Shown one piece after another: positions 1 to 10,508 of a stretch of DNA of 64,000 nucleotides (its first letter is position 1; each line of letters begins with the position of its first letter). A program made the translations under genes and the position numbers. The notes below the pieces were generated by a model, which made no database searches, was not told the DNA's origin, and saw nothing but the letters and a program-made list of their open reading frames with translations. This DNA is from an uncultured bacterium (GTDB lineage Bacteria > Babelota > Babeliae > Babelales > JABCYS01), in assembly GCA_963705705.1 (NCBI GenBank), contig CAVPKK010000006.1, positions 128,578-192,577 of the forward strand. The letters run 5' to 3'.

Positions 1-152
1 CGGGCACCCATCATTATCATTTTGATTTGTTTGCGATTGATACCATGCTCAATAAGCCTGCTGGATTGAGTGAGGAGCAGCTGCGCACTGCAATGCATGG
101 CCATATTGTTGCGCAAGCAAGATTAACCGGGCTGTATAAGAAGTCAGCTTAA
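1..152 (+). CDS. YbhB/YbcL (PEBP, Raf kinase inhibitor-like) family protein, 3' fragment
   Basis: Manual translation from nt 3: GTHHYHFDLFAIDTML...AMHGHIVAQARLTGLYKKSA*, matching the family C-terminus (GxHxYxF.L.A.D...AM.GHI.....L.G.Y). Confidence 0.8.
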   Translation, partial: GTHHYHFDLFAIDTMLNKPAGLSEEQLRTAMHGHIVAQARLTGLYKKSA

Positions 153-344
153 AATCTTATACATATATTAATTTGATCATCCAACGATTGCATAATTTCT
201 TTCCAATAGAATCAGAATAGGCGCATTTGATATAAAAACGGCGTTTTAGAGATCGCTTTTGCTTTTTTTTCTTAGACTATCAGAATGGAGGGCCTGGCTA
301 CGTTTGGCCATCAACGTATTTGATTCGATATAGCGGAGAAACAA

Positions 345-1175
345 ATGAGCATGAAAAAGAAATTAGTAGCACTTTTACTAAGCATTACCGTTGGCGCGAG
401 CACCTTTCTGGCTGCAACTCAATCGGCGCCTTCGTATATTAATGAACTATATGCCGCCATTTCGGTACAAGCCAATGCTGATATTATTGATAAGATCTCA
501 TGCTTGGTAAATTCGAATGAATTATACAAAGCAAAACTTGCGGAATATGTAGCCGTTTTAAAAGGTAAATCTGCAGGTATTTCTAAAACATCCGATCTAT
601 ATGCGCAGGCGTTAGCCATTTCTGAAACGCAAGAGAATCCGGCCGCAACCGCGTTGTTAAAAAAGCGTTATGAGCAGTGCATCGAAGATGAAAAATATGA
701 TGGTCTAAGTCCATCCGCTGCAGGCGTTGTTGCCTCGGATATCCCGGATCATGTACACCTTCTATATAAAGCTGTTTCAATTCAATCTAATGCGAGTTAT
801 TGGGCAGCAATAAAAAGCTGGTTTGTTTCAAATAATATCTATAAGGCAAAATTGTCTGAATATGCAGCTATTACTCAGGGCCGTTTAAAGGATGGGATTA
901 GGCCTTCTAATCTTTATGCGCAGGCGCTCTTACTAGCCGATATTAATAATAATCCATCTGCAGCTAAAGGCTTAAAAAAGCGCTACGAAAAAGGCGTCGA
1001 GATCGAAAAGACTGACGACAGTGAGCAGCTTAAAATTGCTACATTAAAACACGCAAGCGAAAATTCTAAATATCTTTATTACGGGATTTCCGGAATTGCA
1101 ACGACAAGCGTAGCACTACTTGCAATTGCTATGTGTACAGGGGCATATATGGCAGCTGCGGTTGCACACCGATAA
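345..1175 (+). CDS. Hypothetical exported/membrane-anchored protein with two copies of a ~100-aa domain
   Basis: GGAGA RBS, signal peptide, two repeats (LYxAxSxQ...KAKLxEY...LYAQAL...KKRYE), C-terminal hydrophobic helix. Confidence 0.8.
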   Translation: MSMKKKLVALLLSITVGASTFLAATQSAPSYINELYAAISVQANADIIDKISCLVNSNELYKAKLAEYVAVLKGKSAGISKTSDLYAQALAISETQENPAATALLKKRYEQCIEDEKYDGLSPSAAGVVASDIPDHVHLLYKAVSIQSNASYWAAIKSWFVSNNIYKAKLSEYAAITQGRLKDGIRPSNLYAQALLLADINNNPSAAKGLKKRYEKGVEIEKTDDSEQLKIATLKHASENSKYLYYGISGIATTSVALLAIAMCTGAYMAAAVAHR

Positions 1176-1207
1176 TCCAGGCCGCTACACTAGACCCTCA
1201 TTAAGAT

Positions 1208-1840
1208 ATGAATATGAAAAATAAAATTATCAATTTACTGTTATGCACCGCTGTTAGTTTGAATGTAGTTGAAGCTATACCGCCTGCTCCTAGCTATATA
1301 ACAGATCTATACCAAGCTGTATGCATACAGGCCGAGGCGAACCTTATTTGTAGGGTTAAGAGCTTGGTTGAGAATAATGAATTCAATGCAGCCAAACTTG
1401 CTGAATACCAGGCCATTTTAAATGGCCGCGCAGCAGGTGTGCCTAAGCCATCTGATTTGTATGCGCAAGCAATGGCAATTGCTGATGTTGTAGACAATTC
1501 CGCAGCAGCTGCACTATTAAAAAAGCGATATGAAAACTGCTTAGCGACCGAACGATATAATGAACAATTTGGCTTAGATAGCTATTATTCTGTGGCAAAA
1601 CAAGAATGGAATGCTCTGGGCTGGTTGTTGATAGCTGGTGGCTCGGTTGTGCTTGGCACTATTGCTTGTGTTGTTTTGGTAAAGAAGCTTTGCCGAATGA
1701 AAGCAATGGTTTTGCAGCGACGCTGGAAATCACAGAAAACGTGGCCGCAAGATGACGCACCAAAATCTTCGTCGAGAAAGCGTTCATTCTCCATGGAAAA
1801 TCGTTCATTCAAAGTAGAAGACGTAAGCGATGAGGACTAG
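1208..1840 (+). CDS. Paralog of the preceding gene with one copy of the domain
   Basis: Signal peptide, APSYITDLYQAVCIQA...AKLAEYQAIL...SDLYAQAMAI...ALLKKRYENC, then a TM helix and basic tail. Confidence 0.8.
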   Translation: MNMKNKIINLLLCTAVSLNVVEAIPPAPSYITDLYQAVCIQAEANLICRVKSLVENNEFNAAKLAEYQAILNGRAAGVPKPSDLYAQAMAIADVVDNSAAAALLKKRYENCLATERYNEQFGLDSYYSVAKQEWNALGWLLIAGGSVVLGTIACVVLVKKLCRMKAMVLQRRWKSQKTWPQDDAPKSSSRKRSFSMENRSFKVEDVSDED

Positions 1841-1881
1841 GAAGAATTTTCATTGTGCGCATCGCATCAGCTAACCTTCTT

Positions 1882-1968
1882 CGCGCTTTTATCCTTTTAC
1901 CCCAAACTCACCCCATAGGGACCCCGAGTTTCGGGGGCCCCGAATTCGATAAACTCAGGATGAGCGCG
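1882..1968 (+). repeat. Family A palindromic element with nested family E insert
   Basis: cgcgcttttatcctt[48 nt]ttcgataaactcaggatgagcgcg; arms match the copy at 27748-27784. Confidence 0.85.
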
Positions 1969-2019
1969 GGTTAAGCTTATCTAAGTAAGTAATTTCGTTA
2001 TTCGAATAATTAGATGTTG

Positions 2020-4728
2020 CTATGCAATTGCCTGCCGAGCTAAATATTTACCGGTATGGCTCGTAGGATGTGCTGCAACTTCCTTCGGTGTACCTTTTGC
2101 AACCATTTGGCCGCCGGCATCGCCGCCTTCAGGGCCCATATCAATAAGATAGTCCATCGTCTTGAGCACATCTAAATTGTGTTCGATCACAATCATAGAG
2201 TTGCCTTTATCAACTAGACGGTTGAGCACCTTAAGTAATTTTTCTATATCGCTGCTATGCAAGCCGGTCGTCGGTTCATCGAGAATATACATGGTCTTTG
2301 AACCGCGCTTTGCCAACTCGTCAACAAGTTTAATGCGTTGCGCTTCTCCGCCCGACAAGGTGGTTGAAGGTTGGCCCAACTTTATATAATCGAGGCCCAC
2401 CTCGCACATAAGCCTTAAGCGCTTGGCAATATTTTTGTGCGCTTCAAAGAAAGTTAGCGCTTCGAGTGCAGTCATTTCAAGCACTTCAGCAATGTTTTTA
2501 TTTTTATAGCGAATACTCAATGTTTCACTATTGTATCGTTGGCCCTTACAGCTTTTGCATATCATGACCACATCGGGCAGGAATTGCATCGAAACTTTTA
2601 TAGTTCCATCACCAACACATTCAAAGCATCGCCCTTCTGCTACGTTAAAGCTAAAGCGGCCTGGTTTATAGCCACGCGCCTTACTTTCAGGCAATTGGGT
2701 ATAAAGATCGCGAATTTCATTAAAGATGCCCAAATAGGTTGCTGGATTGGAACGCGGTGTTCGGCCAATTGGACTTTGATCGATTACTACAAGCGCTTCT
2801 AAGTTTTCAGCACCGGTAAGATCTTGTGGTTTTTGAACAGGTTCTTCAGCAGCTGGTGCTTGAGCCCGCAGAGAAAAACCTTGTGCTATCTGTTTTTGTA
2901 CAAAAGCTATCGCCGCATGTGCCGCATTTGTTTCACTCACACCACGCCGCTTTGGACGATTGAGCTCTCGAGTTAATGCCGGAACCAATTCTTCCATAAT
3001 CAGGGTACTCTTACCTGAACCGGACACACCACAAATACCAGTGAGTACGCCAAGCGGAAATGATGCTTCTATATTTTTAAGATTATTTTTCTTTGCATCA
3101 GTAAGAGTTAACCAACTCAATGGCTTTCTTACTTTTTCCGGAACCGCAATAAATTTAGTGCCTGCTAGATAAGCACCCGAAAGAGAATTTTTGTTCTTGG
3201 CCAACTGAGCAGGTGTTCCGGTGGCAGTTATAGTACCACCATGAATGCCGGCAGCTGGGCCCATATCAATAATGTAATCAGCCACGCGCATAGTATCTAC
3301 ATCGTGCTCAACTACCACGACCGTGTTACCTTGGTCACGCAATGTTTTAAGTGTATTAATAAGGCGGTCGTTATCTCGCTGGTGTAATCCAATACTCGGT
3401 TCATCAAGGATATATAAAACACCACTAAGCGCTGAACCTATTTGCGTCGCTAGGCGAATTCGCTGCCCTTCACCGCCGGATAACGTACGCGCCGTTCTAT
3501 TTAATGAAAGATAGGCAAGGCCAACGTCTTGCAAGAAGGTAAGTCGAGCCATCACTTCTTTTACAATCGGATCGGCTATGGCACGTTCATGTTCTTCTAG
3601 TTTTAGAGAATTGCAAAATTTTAGTGCATCCGTAATCGATAACTCACCGATCTCATGAATATTTTTCTTATTAATTAAAACGGCAAGGGCACGTTTATTC
3701 AATCGCGCCCCATTACAGGCTGTGCAGCAACGTTCTTCACCTAAATCAAAGTGTTCTTCATTAGTGCCATACCAGGGGTGAACCTGATGAAACACCATGC
3801 CAAGCCCATTACAATCTGGGCAGGCACCTATAGGCGAGTTGAAAGAGAAGAAGCGCGGTTCAAGCTCCGGGAATGCATGGCCGCAGTTAAGGCACATTCG
3901 ATTTGATGAGAATAACTGTTCCTTGTCGCCAGCTATAACTTTGCAGAGACCGCTTGCTAACTTGAAACCGGTTTCAATTGATTCTAGTAAACGAGCTGGC
4001 GTAAGTTCGTTAGTGACCTCAACTTGATCCATTAATAGATCAATGGTGTGCTGATAGGTTTTGGCCAATTTTATATTTTTCAGTTCATCGGCTGATCTAA
4101 ATCGATGCACGACGCCATCAATGCGGAATCGGTAATAGCCAGAGTTAAATAAGGTAAGTAAGAGCTGGGTAAACTCGCCCTTCTTTGCTACAACTACCGG
4201 CGCTGCAATAGTGATGGTCTGTCCGGCGTAGGTGCTTCTGATTGCCTGTTCTATTTTTTCCGGCGATTCGGCCTTAATTGGTAATGAGCAATCTGGGCAA
4301 TGGGCTACCCCTATTCGGGCAAATAGCACGCGGAAATAATCATATATCTCGGTAATGGTCCCCACCGTTGAGCGTGGGTTGTGGCCAACCGTCTTTTGGT
4401 CAATGGCAATGGCTGGGCATAGGCCATCTATACGGTCAACTTCCGGCTTTTTAGCTATACCCAAAAATTGGCGGGCATAGGATGAAAGCGACTCAACATA
4501 CCGGCGCTTACCCTCGGTGAACAAGATATCAAGAGCTAGAGAGCTTTTACCTGAACCTGATGGCCCGGTGATCACGGTCAATTTGCCCTTGGGAATGGCT
4601 ACATCGATGTTTTTTAGATTGTGCTCGCGCGCGCCATAGACCCGAATATGGTCATTTGATATTCGGTCCTTTGCCGGGCTGGCAGTATTGGCGGGAATTG
4701 ATTGGTTTTTTATGGTCTGTTTAGCCAT
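2020..4728 (-). CDS. uvrA: Excinuclease ABC subunit A
   Basis: GAREHNLKN, two Walker A motifs (GPSGSGKS, GVSGSGKS), two LSGGE signatures, Zn-finger CxxC pairs, IDQSPIGRTPRSNPATY. Confidence 0.97.
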   Translation of the reverse strand: MAKQTIKNQSIPANTASPAKDRISNDHIRVYGAREHNLKNIDVAIPKGKLTVITGPSGSGKSSLALDILFTEGKRRYVESLSSYARQFLGIAKKPEVDRIDGLCPAIAIDQKTVGHNPRSTVGTITEIYDYFRVLFARIGVAHCPDCSLPIKAESPEKIEQAIRSTYAGQTITIAAPVVVAKKGEFTQLLLTLFNSGYYRFRIDGVVHRFRSADELKNIKLAKTYQHTIDLLMDQVEVTNELTPARLLESIETGFKLASGLCKVIAGDKEQLFSSNRMCLNCGHAFPELEPRFFSFNSPIGACPDCNGLGMVFHQVHPWYGTNEEHFDLGEERCCTACNGARLNKRALAVLINKKNIHEIGELSITDALKFCNSLKLEEHERAIADPIVKEVMARLTFLQDVGLAYLSLNRTARTLSGGEGQRIRLATQIGSALSGVLYILDEPSIGLHQRDNDRLINTLKTLRDQGNTVVVVEHDVDTMRVADYIIDMGPAAGIHGGTITATGTPAQLAKNKNSLSGAYLAGTKFIAVPEKVRKPLSWLTLTDAKKNNLKNIEASFPLGVLTGICGVSGSGKSTLIMEELVPALTRELNRPKRRGVSETNAAHAAIAFVQKQIAQGFSLRAQAPAAEEPVQKPQDLTGAENLEALVVIDQSPIGRTPRSNPATYLGIFNEIRDLYTQLPESKARGYKPGRFSFNVAEGRCFECVGDGTIKVSMQFLPDVVMICKSCKGQRYNSETLSIRYKNKNIAEVLEMTALEALTFFEAHKNIAKRLRLMCEVGLDYIKLGQPSTTLSGGEAQRIKLVDELAKRGSKTMYILDEPTTGLHSSDIEKLLKVLNRLVDKGNSMIVIEHNLDVLKTMDYLIDMGPEGGDAGGQMVAKGTPKEVAAHPTSHTGKYLARQAIA

Positions 4729-4838
4729 TGCGCACCTATTAAGTCAAAAATTCCTAAGGGACCTAATAGTATAGCGAAAGCTGGCCAGATTTCATGTGGT
4801 AGTGCTAGCCGGTAGATAGAAGAAAAATGGGTCTTCTC

Positions 4839-6575
4839 CTACCCTTCATGTGCCCCTGGATTATCTATAGATGCCTGAAAATAATCACGCATTATAGTAA
4901 TCAGGTCGATCAATGTTTCGGCTTTTTGTAATGCCTCACTGTCTTGCAGTGCCGGTACATATTTCTTTATGTTTTCGCATATATTTTCAATCGATTCATC
5001 TTCGTCATAAAAACTAGAGCCATGATATTCCCCCTCTTCCATTTCAATCTCTGAGAAGGTTTGGGAAGCTAAAAGACTATTAAGAATGTCTACAGCTAAT
5101 TGGCGATGATTCGAACATATCAATCCCATATGATTATCAAATAGTGCGGCACTCAACAGTATTTTGGCATACACTTTGCTGTAATGCCCCATCATGCCTG
5201 AAGTCTCGCTCAAATCGTCATGCTGGATGGTTTGGATTATGCCATTTAAATAGTGCAATGAACGTTGCTCACTGACATCAAAACGCAGAAAATTTCGATT
5301 CATTAGGAATTGCTCAAGCCATTCAATTGCGAGGCGACGGCGAACAAAAGGCGGCACTTGAGTTCCGAATATCACGTTTGTAGTATGCGCAATGGTTCTT
5401 TGAGCAGGAGGCAGGCTGTCAGTACTAAAATATTCCTTTTGGTAGCTAGACAACCCCGGATATGAGGCCAATGGTACAAGATTTTGCTCGGCCAATGCAT
5501 TTCGCATTAAACGGCGCCAACCGTCATTCCGGTAATAGTTAATAGCTAATAGATTTTCCGTAGATTGTTGAGGATCATTTGGCAAAGCAGAATTGGCAAG
5601 TTTATAGCCTTTATTGAATGCTTGAAAAAGTACTGCCTTGCAAAGCCAAGAGCTAGTCGATGACATTTTCATTCGCAACAAATCATTTCCTTGCATGCAC
5701 AATTCACTAAATTCTGCTAGATATTCATCTGATCCTTCTTCATCAGATTCTTCGACTAAAGCGCTCATATTAGCATGAATTTTTTTGCATTGTTCCAATG
5801 CTATAAGATCATCTGATTTCGGCCGATTATATACCCCAATCGCGTAGGGATGTTTATCATCAAGAAGGCATGAGATATTAGCTAAAAAGGCTTTGATTAA
5901 TAACTCTATTTCAGATGATTGCTCATGTATACTGTTGATATCCTTTTCTTCTAACATACTAGCAGCCCATGTACGCCGTCGAGTAAAACCGTTAGCAGCC
6001 TTATGCACTAAATCACTTTCCAAATCTTGCAGCAAATCACATCCCTTTTCAAAGCTCGCTGGTGTTAATGAGCACCCCTGCCCCAACATTAACATTTGTC
6101 CCGTTCGCAAAGTACCAAACCAATTAAGATAAGGATCTTCATTTTGCTGTGAAAGTTCTGCGGCCAGTTCTGAGGCCTTAGGAAAATTTCTTTTCACGCC
6201 TGCGCCGTTGAGACAACAATCAAGCAAACGACTTTTTGCTTGCCAGCGTGTATTGGTATTATCGAAGTTCAAAGCACAAAGATAACACATAACAGCTTGT
6301 CTCTGTATTTTGCTTTTTACAGCTTCACGCTCGGCTTTTTCTGTTTCATCTTCCTGAGCATGACCAGTCAAATTTTCCGCCCGTTCTCGGTACGCATCAC
6401 CAAGACCAAGATAAATAGGAGCCCAGAGTGTCGGCGATCCATGAAGAACTGAATTGTGACTAACAGATCGCAGTCTGCTCCGAACTTTTGGAGATGATGA
6501 AGATGACGAAGTTGCAGCTAGATGGCTAACGACCAAAAAGCTAAAAATAAACGGGAATAGTTTTAATAATTGCAT
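4839..6575 (-). CDS. Secreted protein with degenerate SEL1-like repeats, paralog 1 of 3
   Basis: Start moved to MQLLK after a GGAAGGA RBS; signal peptide then poly-Ser; LLDCCLNGAGVKRNFPKASEL resembles a SEL1 repeat; collinear with the next two ORFs. Confidence 0.75.
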   Translation of the reverse strand: MQLLKLFPFIFSFLVVSHLAATSSSSSSPKVRSRLRSVSHNSVLHGSPTLWAPIYLGLGDAYRERAENLTGHAQEDETEKAEREAVKSKIQRQAVMCYLCALNFDNTNTRWQAKSRLLDCCLNGAGVKRNFPKASELAAELSQQNEDPYLNWFGTLRTGQMLMLGQGCSLTPASFEKGCDLLQDLESDLVHKAANGFTRRRTWAASMLEEKDINSIHEQSSEIELLIKAFLANISCLLDDKHPYAIGVYNRPKSDDLIALEQCKKIHANMSALVEESDEEGSDEYLAEFSELCMQGNDLLRMKMSSTSSWLCKAVLFQAFNKGYKLANSALPNDPQQSTENLLAINYYRNDGWRRLMRNALAEQNLVPLASYPGLSSYQKEYFSTDSLPPAQRTIAHTTNVIFGTQVPPFVRRRLAIEWLEQFLMNRNFLRFDVSEQRSLHYLNGIIQTIQHDDLSETSGMMGHYSKVYAKILLSAALFDNHMGLICSNHRQLAVDILNSLLASQTFSEIEMEEGEYHGSSFYDEDESIENICENIKKYVPALQDSEALQKAETLIDLITIMRDYFQASIDNPGAHEG

Positions 6576-6675
6576 AGATAATCCTTCCATTTGAAACTTC
6601 AGTCATTGTGAGCTTGTTGCCAGCATTTCTCACTTACCTGTTATGCTTCGACATACGCAGAAAATGACTGCGCAC

Positions 6676-8466
6676 TTATCCTTCGTTCGGCACTTGATTA
6701 TCAATTGATGACTGGTAATAGTCGCGCAATATAATAATCAATTCGGTCAATGTTTCGGCTGTTTGTAATGCTTCATTGCCTTCCAATGCCGGCACAGAAT
6801 TTTCTATAATTTCGCAAACGTCTTCAAGCGAGCTATCTTCGTCATACGCACTAAAAGTTTGATATTCGCCCTCTCGAAATTCAATCGCTGAGAATGTTTG
6901 GGAAGCTAAAAGACTATTAAGAATATTTACAGCTAACTGGCGATGATTCGCACAAAGGGTTGCCATATGCTCATCGAATAATGCAGCACTCAACACTATT
7001 TTTGCATGCACCTTACCATATTGCCCCATCATGCCCGAAATCTCGCTCAAATCATCGTGCTGAATCGTATGGATTATACCATTTAGGCATTGAACGGAAC
7101 GCGGCACCTTATCACCAAAATGTAAAAAAGTACGATCCCTCAAAAATTGCTCAAGCCATTCAATTGCTAAACGCCGTCGAATAAAAGGCGGCACGTGAGC
7201 TTGGGCTATCACATTCGTAGTATCCGCAATATTTCTATATGCTTCAGGTAATTCCACAGACGGCACTGGTTCAGCATTAAAATATTCCCTTTGGCAGCTA
7301 GATAATCCTGGATATGAGGCTAAGGGCACAAGGGCTTGAGCGGCCAATGCATTTCGCAGTGAGCGACGCCAACCATCGGGTCGGTAACAATCTATCAGCA
7401 ATATTTTTTCCGGTGATTGTTGAGGATCATTTGGTATTGCTGCAATGGCAGGTGTATATCCTTTATTGAGAGCATGAAAAAGCGCTGCCTGGCAAAGCCA
7501 AGAAGTAGTCGGTGACATTTTCATTCGCAACAGTTCAATACCTTGCTTACACAATTGACCAAATTTTGTAAGGTATTCATCAGAGGCTTCATCATCAGGT
7601 TCCTCAACATCTTGTTCTGCGACTAATTTACGAACTTCCAAATGTAGCTCTTTGCATTTTTCCAAAGCTTTAAGATCATCAGATTTTGGTTGATTATATA
7701 CTCCAAACCCGCCCATCGCGTAGAAATGTTTATCATCTAGGAGACATGATATATTGGCCAAAAAAGCTCTGGCTAACAACTCAACTTCAGATGATTGTTC
7801 TCGAGTATTAATACCATTGACAGCCATGAAAGCCATTTCTTCAAATATTTTGGCAGTCCACATACGCCGACACGTAAAGCCGTTCATAGCCTTCTTCATT
7901 AAATCATTTTCCAGGTGCCGTAGAATCTTAGATCCCTTTTCAAAATTCGCTGCTGTTAATGAGCAGCCTTGCCCCAACATTAACATTTGCCCTGCGCGCA
8001 TCGTCCCAAACCAGCGAAGATAAAGATCTTCATTTTGCTTTGAAAGCTCTGCGGCTAGTTCTAAGGCCTTAGGAAGATTGGTCCTCACACCTTCGCCGTT
8101 GAGACAACAATCAAGCAAACGATGTTTGGCTTGCCATAGCGTATTGACGTTATCCAAGCTTAACGCGTGGAGATAGCAGATAACTGCTTGCCGCTGTATT
8201 TTGCATTTTGCAGCTTCACGCTCAGCTCTTTGTGCTTCATCTTCAGAAGCATGACCAGTCAAATTTTCTGCTCGTTCGCGATATGCATCGCCAAGACCAA
8301 GATAAATGGGAGCCCAACCCGGTGTTAAGCTGTGAAGAACTGAATTATCACCAATAGCTCGGAGTTTACTCTGAACTTTTGGTGATGAAGAAGATGAAGA
8401 GGTTGCTGCTAGGTGGCCAACGGCCAAAAAGCTAAAAATAAACGGGAATAGTTTTAATAATTGCAT
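6676..8466 (-). CDS. Secreted protein with degenerate SEL1-like repeats, paralog 2 of 3
   Basis: Shared motifs WAPIYLGLGDAYRE, RMKMSxTTSWLC, RRRLAIEWLEQFL. Confidence 0.75.
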   Translation of the reverse strand: MQLLKLFPFIFSFLAVGHLAATSSSSSSPKVQSKLRAIGDNSVLHSLTPGWAPIYLGLGDAYRERAENLTGHASEDEAQRAEREAAKCKIQRQAVICYLHALSLDNVNTLWQAKHRLLDCCLNGEGVRTNLPKALELAAELSKQNEDLYLRWFGTMRAGQMLMLGQGCSLTAANFEKGSKILRHLENDLMKKAMNGFTCRRMWTAKIFEEMAFMAVNGINTREQSSEVELLARAFLANISCLLDDKHFYAMGGFGVYNQPKSDDLKALEKCKELHLEVRKLVAEQDVEEPDDEASDEYLTKFGQLCKQGIELLRMKMSPTTSWLCQAALFHALNKGYTPAIAAIPNDPQQSPEKILLIDCYRPDGWRRSLRNALAAQALVPLASYPGLSSCQREYFNAEPVPSVELPEAYRNIADTTNVIAQAHVPPFIRRRLAIEWLEQFLRDRTFLHFGDKVPRSVQCLNGIIHTIQHDDLSEISGMMGQYGKVHAKIVLSAALFDEHMATLCANHRQLAVNILNSLLASQTFSAIEFREGEYQTFSAYDEDSSLEDVCEIIENSVPALEGNEALQTAETLTELIIILRDYYQSSIDNQVPNEG

Positions 8467-8562
8467 AGATAGTCCTTCCATTTGAAACTTCACTCAATTT
8501 GAGCTTTTCGCCATTATTTGTCAAAAGGTGTGGTGACTCGGTAGAGGCAGATGGCCTCGCTC

Positions 8563-10296
8563 CTATCCTTCCTGGCCTCTTTGATTATTAACCTGGTAGA
8601 AGTCACGCACTATAGTAATCAGGGCAGTCAATGTTTCGGCTGATTGGAAAGCCTCGTTGCCTCTGAGTGTCGGCACATATTTTTCTATAAATTTTTGAAT
8701 ATCTTCAAGAGAAGTACATTCCTCATAAGCTGTAAAAGCAGGATTATAAGGCCAACCCTCTTCCTCAATTTCTTCCTCAAACTTTGACAAGGCTGTTGAT
8801 CCTAAAAGACCATCAAGAATGGCTATCGCTCCTTGGCGATGATCCCTAAATACGAGTCCCATACGCTCATCAAATAGTGCAGCACTCAATAGTATTTTTC
8901 CATACACTTTGCCATATTGCCCCATGATGCCTTGAATCACTCTCAAATCATCCTGTTGGATTATTTGGATTATGCCGCGTAAACATTCTGCGGCAGCCTG
9001 AACATTGGCATTAGAACGTAAAAAAGTTCGATCCTTTAAGAACTGCTCGAGCCATTCAATCGCCAGGCGTCGGCGAATAAATGATGGCACTTGAGCTTCG
9101 GATATCATATTTGTAGCATTCACAATAGTTCGTTGTGCGTCAGGCAATCTTACAGGCGGCATTGGTTCAGCATTAAAATGTTCCCTGAGCCCGCTAGATA
9201 ATGCGGGATATGATGCTAACGGTACACACCTTTGTTCGGCTAATTCATGTTGTATCTGACGACGCCAAGGGCCGTAAATAACGATAAGTCTTCTTTTTTC
9301 TAGTGGCTGCTGAGGATCGCTTGGCAAATTAGAAATTGCAGGTTTATATCCTCTATTCAGCGCCTGCAAAAGCACTCCCTTACAAAGCCAAGAAGTAGTC
9401 GATGACATTTTCATTCGCAGTAAATCAATGCCTTTCATGCACAATCGACCAAGTTTTATAAAATATTCATCAGATCCAGCATTATCTTGATGTTCGCCGG
9501 CCAAATCATCTACTTTGTCAAATATTTTTCTGCATTTTTCCAATGCTATAAGATCATCTGACTTTGGTTGATTATATACCCATAGTCCACCAGGCCAGAT
9601 GGGATCTTTATCACCAAGCAGGCGTGAAATATTAATTCGAAAAGCATTGGCTAAAAGTTCGATTTCCGATGATCGGGCGAATAGAAGATTAGCATCGATA
9701 ATCCCTTCAACTTTGACCTGTGACGGAAAACCCTTAAAAGTTTTCTCCTTTAATTTTTTTTCCAGATCCTGCAGCACAGACCATCCTTTTTCAAAAGTCG
9801 ATGGTGTTAGTGAACATCCCTGTCCTAATATTAACATTTGTCCTGCGCGCAACATACCGAACCCATTAAGATAAGAATCTTCATTTTGTTTTGAGAGTTC
9901 TGCGGCAAGTTCCAAGGCTTTGGTAAAGTTAGTCTTCATACCAATGCCGCCGATACAGCAATCAAGCAAACGGCTTTTGGCTTGCCATAGCGTATTAATA
10001 TTATCCAAGCTCAACGCGTGGAGATAACACATAACAGCTTGCCGTTGCATCTTGCGTTTTACACCTTCACGCTCTGCTTGAGCATGACCAATTAAATTTT
10101 CAGCTTGTTCTCGGTAAGCATCACCAAGACCAAGATAAATGGGAGCCCAGACAGGTTTTAAGCCATGAAGAACTGAATTGTCACCAATAGCTTGAAGTTT
10201 GTTCTGAATTTTTGGTGATGAAGAAGATGAGGTTGCAGCTACATGGCCAACGGCCAAACAGCTAAAAATAATTGGGAATAGTTTTAAGAATTGCAT
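8563..10296 (-). CDS. Secreted protein with degenerate SEL1-like repeats, paralog 3 of 3
   Basis: Same motifs and conserved upstream leader as paralogs 1 and 2. Confidence 0.75.
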   Translation of the reverse strand: MQFLKLFPIIFSCLAVGHVAATSSSSSPKIQNKLQAIGDNSVLHGLKPVWAPIYLGLGDAYREQAENLIGHAQAEREGVKRKMQRQAVMCYLHALSLDNINTLWQAKSRLLDCCIGGIGMKTNFTKALELAAELSKQNEDSYLNGFGMLRAGQMLILGQGCSLTPSTFEKGWSVLQDLEKKLKEKTFKGFPSQVKVEGIIDANLLFARSSEIELLANAFRINISRLLGDKDPIWPGGLWVYNQPKSDDLIALEKCRKIFDKVDDLAGEHQDNAGSDEYFIKLGRLCMKGIDLLRMKMSSTTSWLCKGVLLQALNRGYKPAISNLPSDPQQPLEKRRLIVIYGPWRRQIQHELAEQRCVPLASYPALSSGLREHFNAEPMPPVRLPDAQRTIVNATNMISEAQVPSFIRRRLAIEWLEQFLKDRTFLRSNANVQAAAECLRGIIQIIQQDDLRVIQGIMGQYGKVYGKILLSAALFDERMGLVFRDHRQGAIAILDGLLGSTALSKFEEEIEEEGWPYNPAFTAYEECTSLEDIQKFIEKYVPTLRGNEAFQSAETLTALITIVRDFYQVNNQRGQEG

Positions 10297-10358
10297 GTAT
10301 AGTCCTTCCATTTGAAACTTCACTCAATTTGAGCTTATCACCGCTATTTGTCAAAAGG
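10297..10358 (-). promoter_or_regulatory. Conserved upstream leader of the paralog triplet (TTGACA and RBS)
   Basis: Near-identical to 8467-8528 and partly to 6576-6615; TTGACA on the minus strand at 10349-10354 and 8519-8524; no clear -10 box. Confidence 0.45.
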
Positions 10359-10508
10359 TTAGCTGCCTTTTTTAATGAAAAAACGGCTTTTTCGTGGTTA
10401 TTGGACGCCAAAAAGATTCGCCATTCTACGAAGAGAACGCGAATCTGACATTTTAAGCGCATGAGTGGCTTATCGAGCTGAGAAAGGGGTTTTAAGGATA
10501 TTTAATAG

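Noticed and set aside
2815..2950. Repeat origin for the UvrA extra loop
   Set aside because: No match to families A-E and no clear palindrome.
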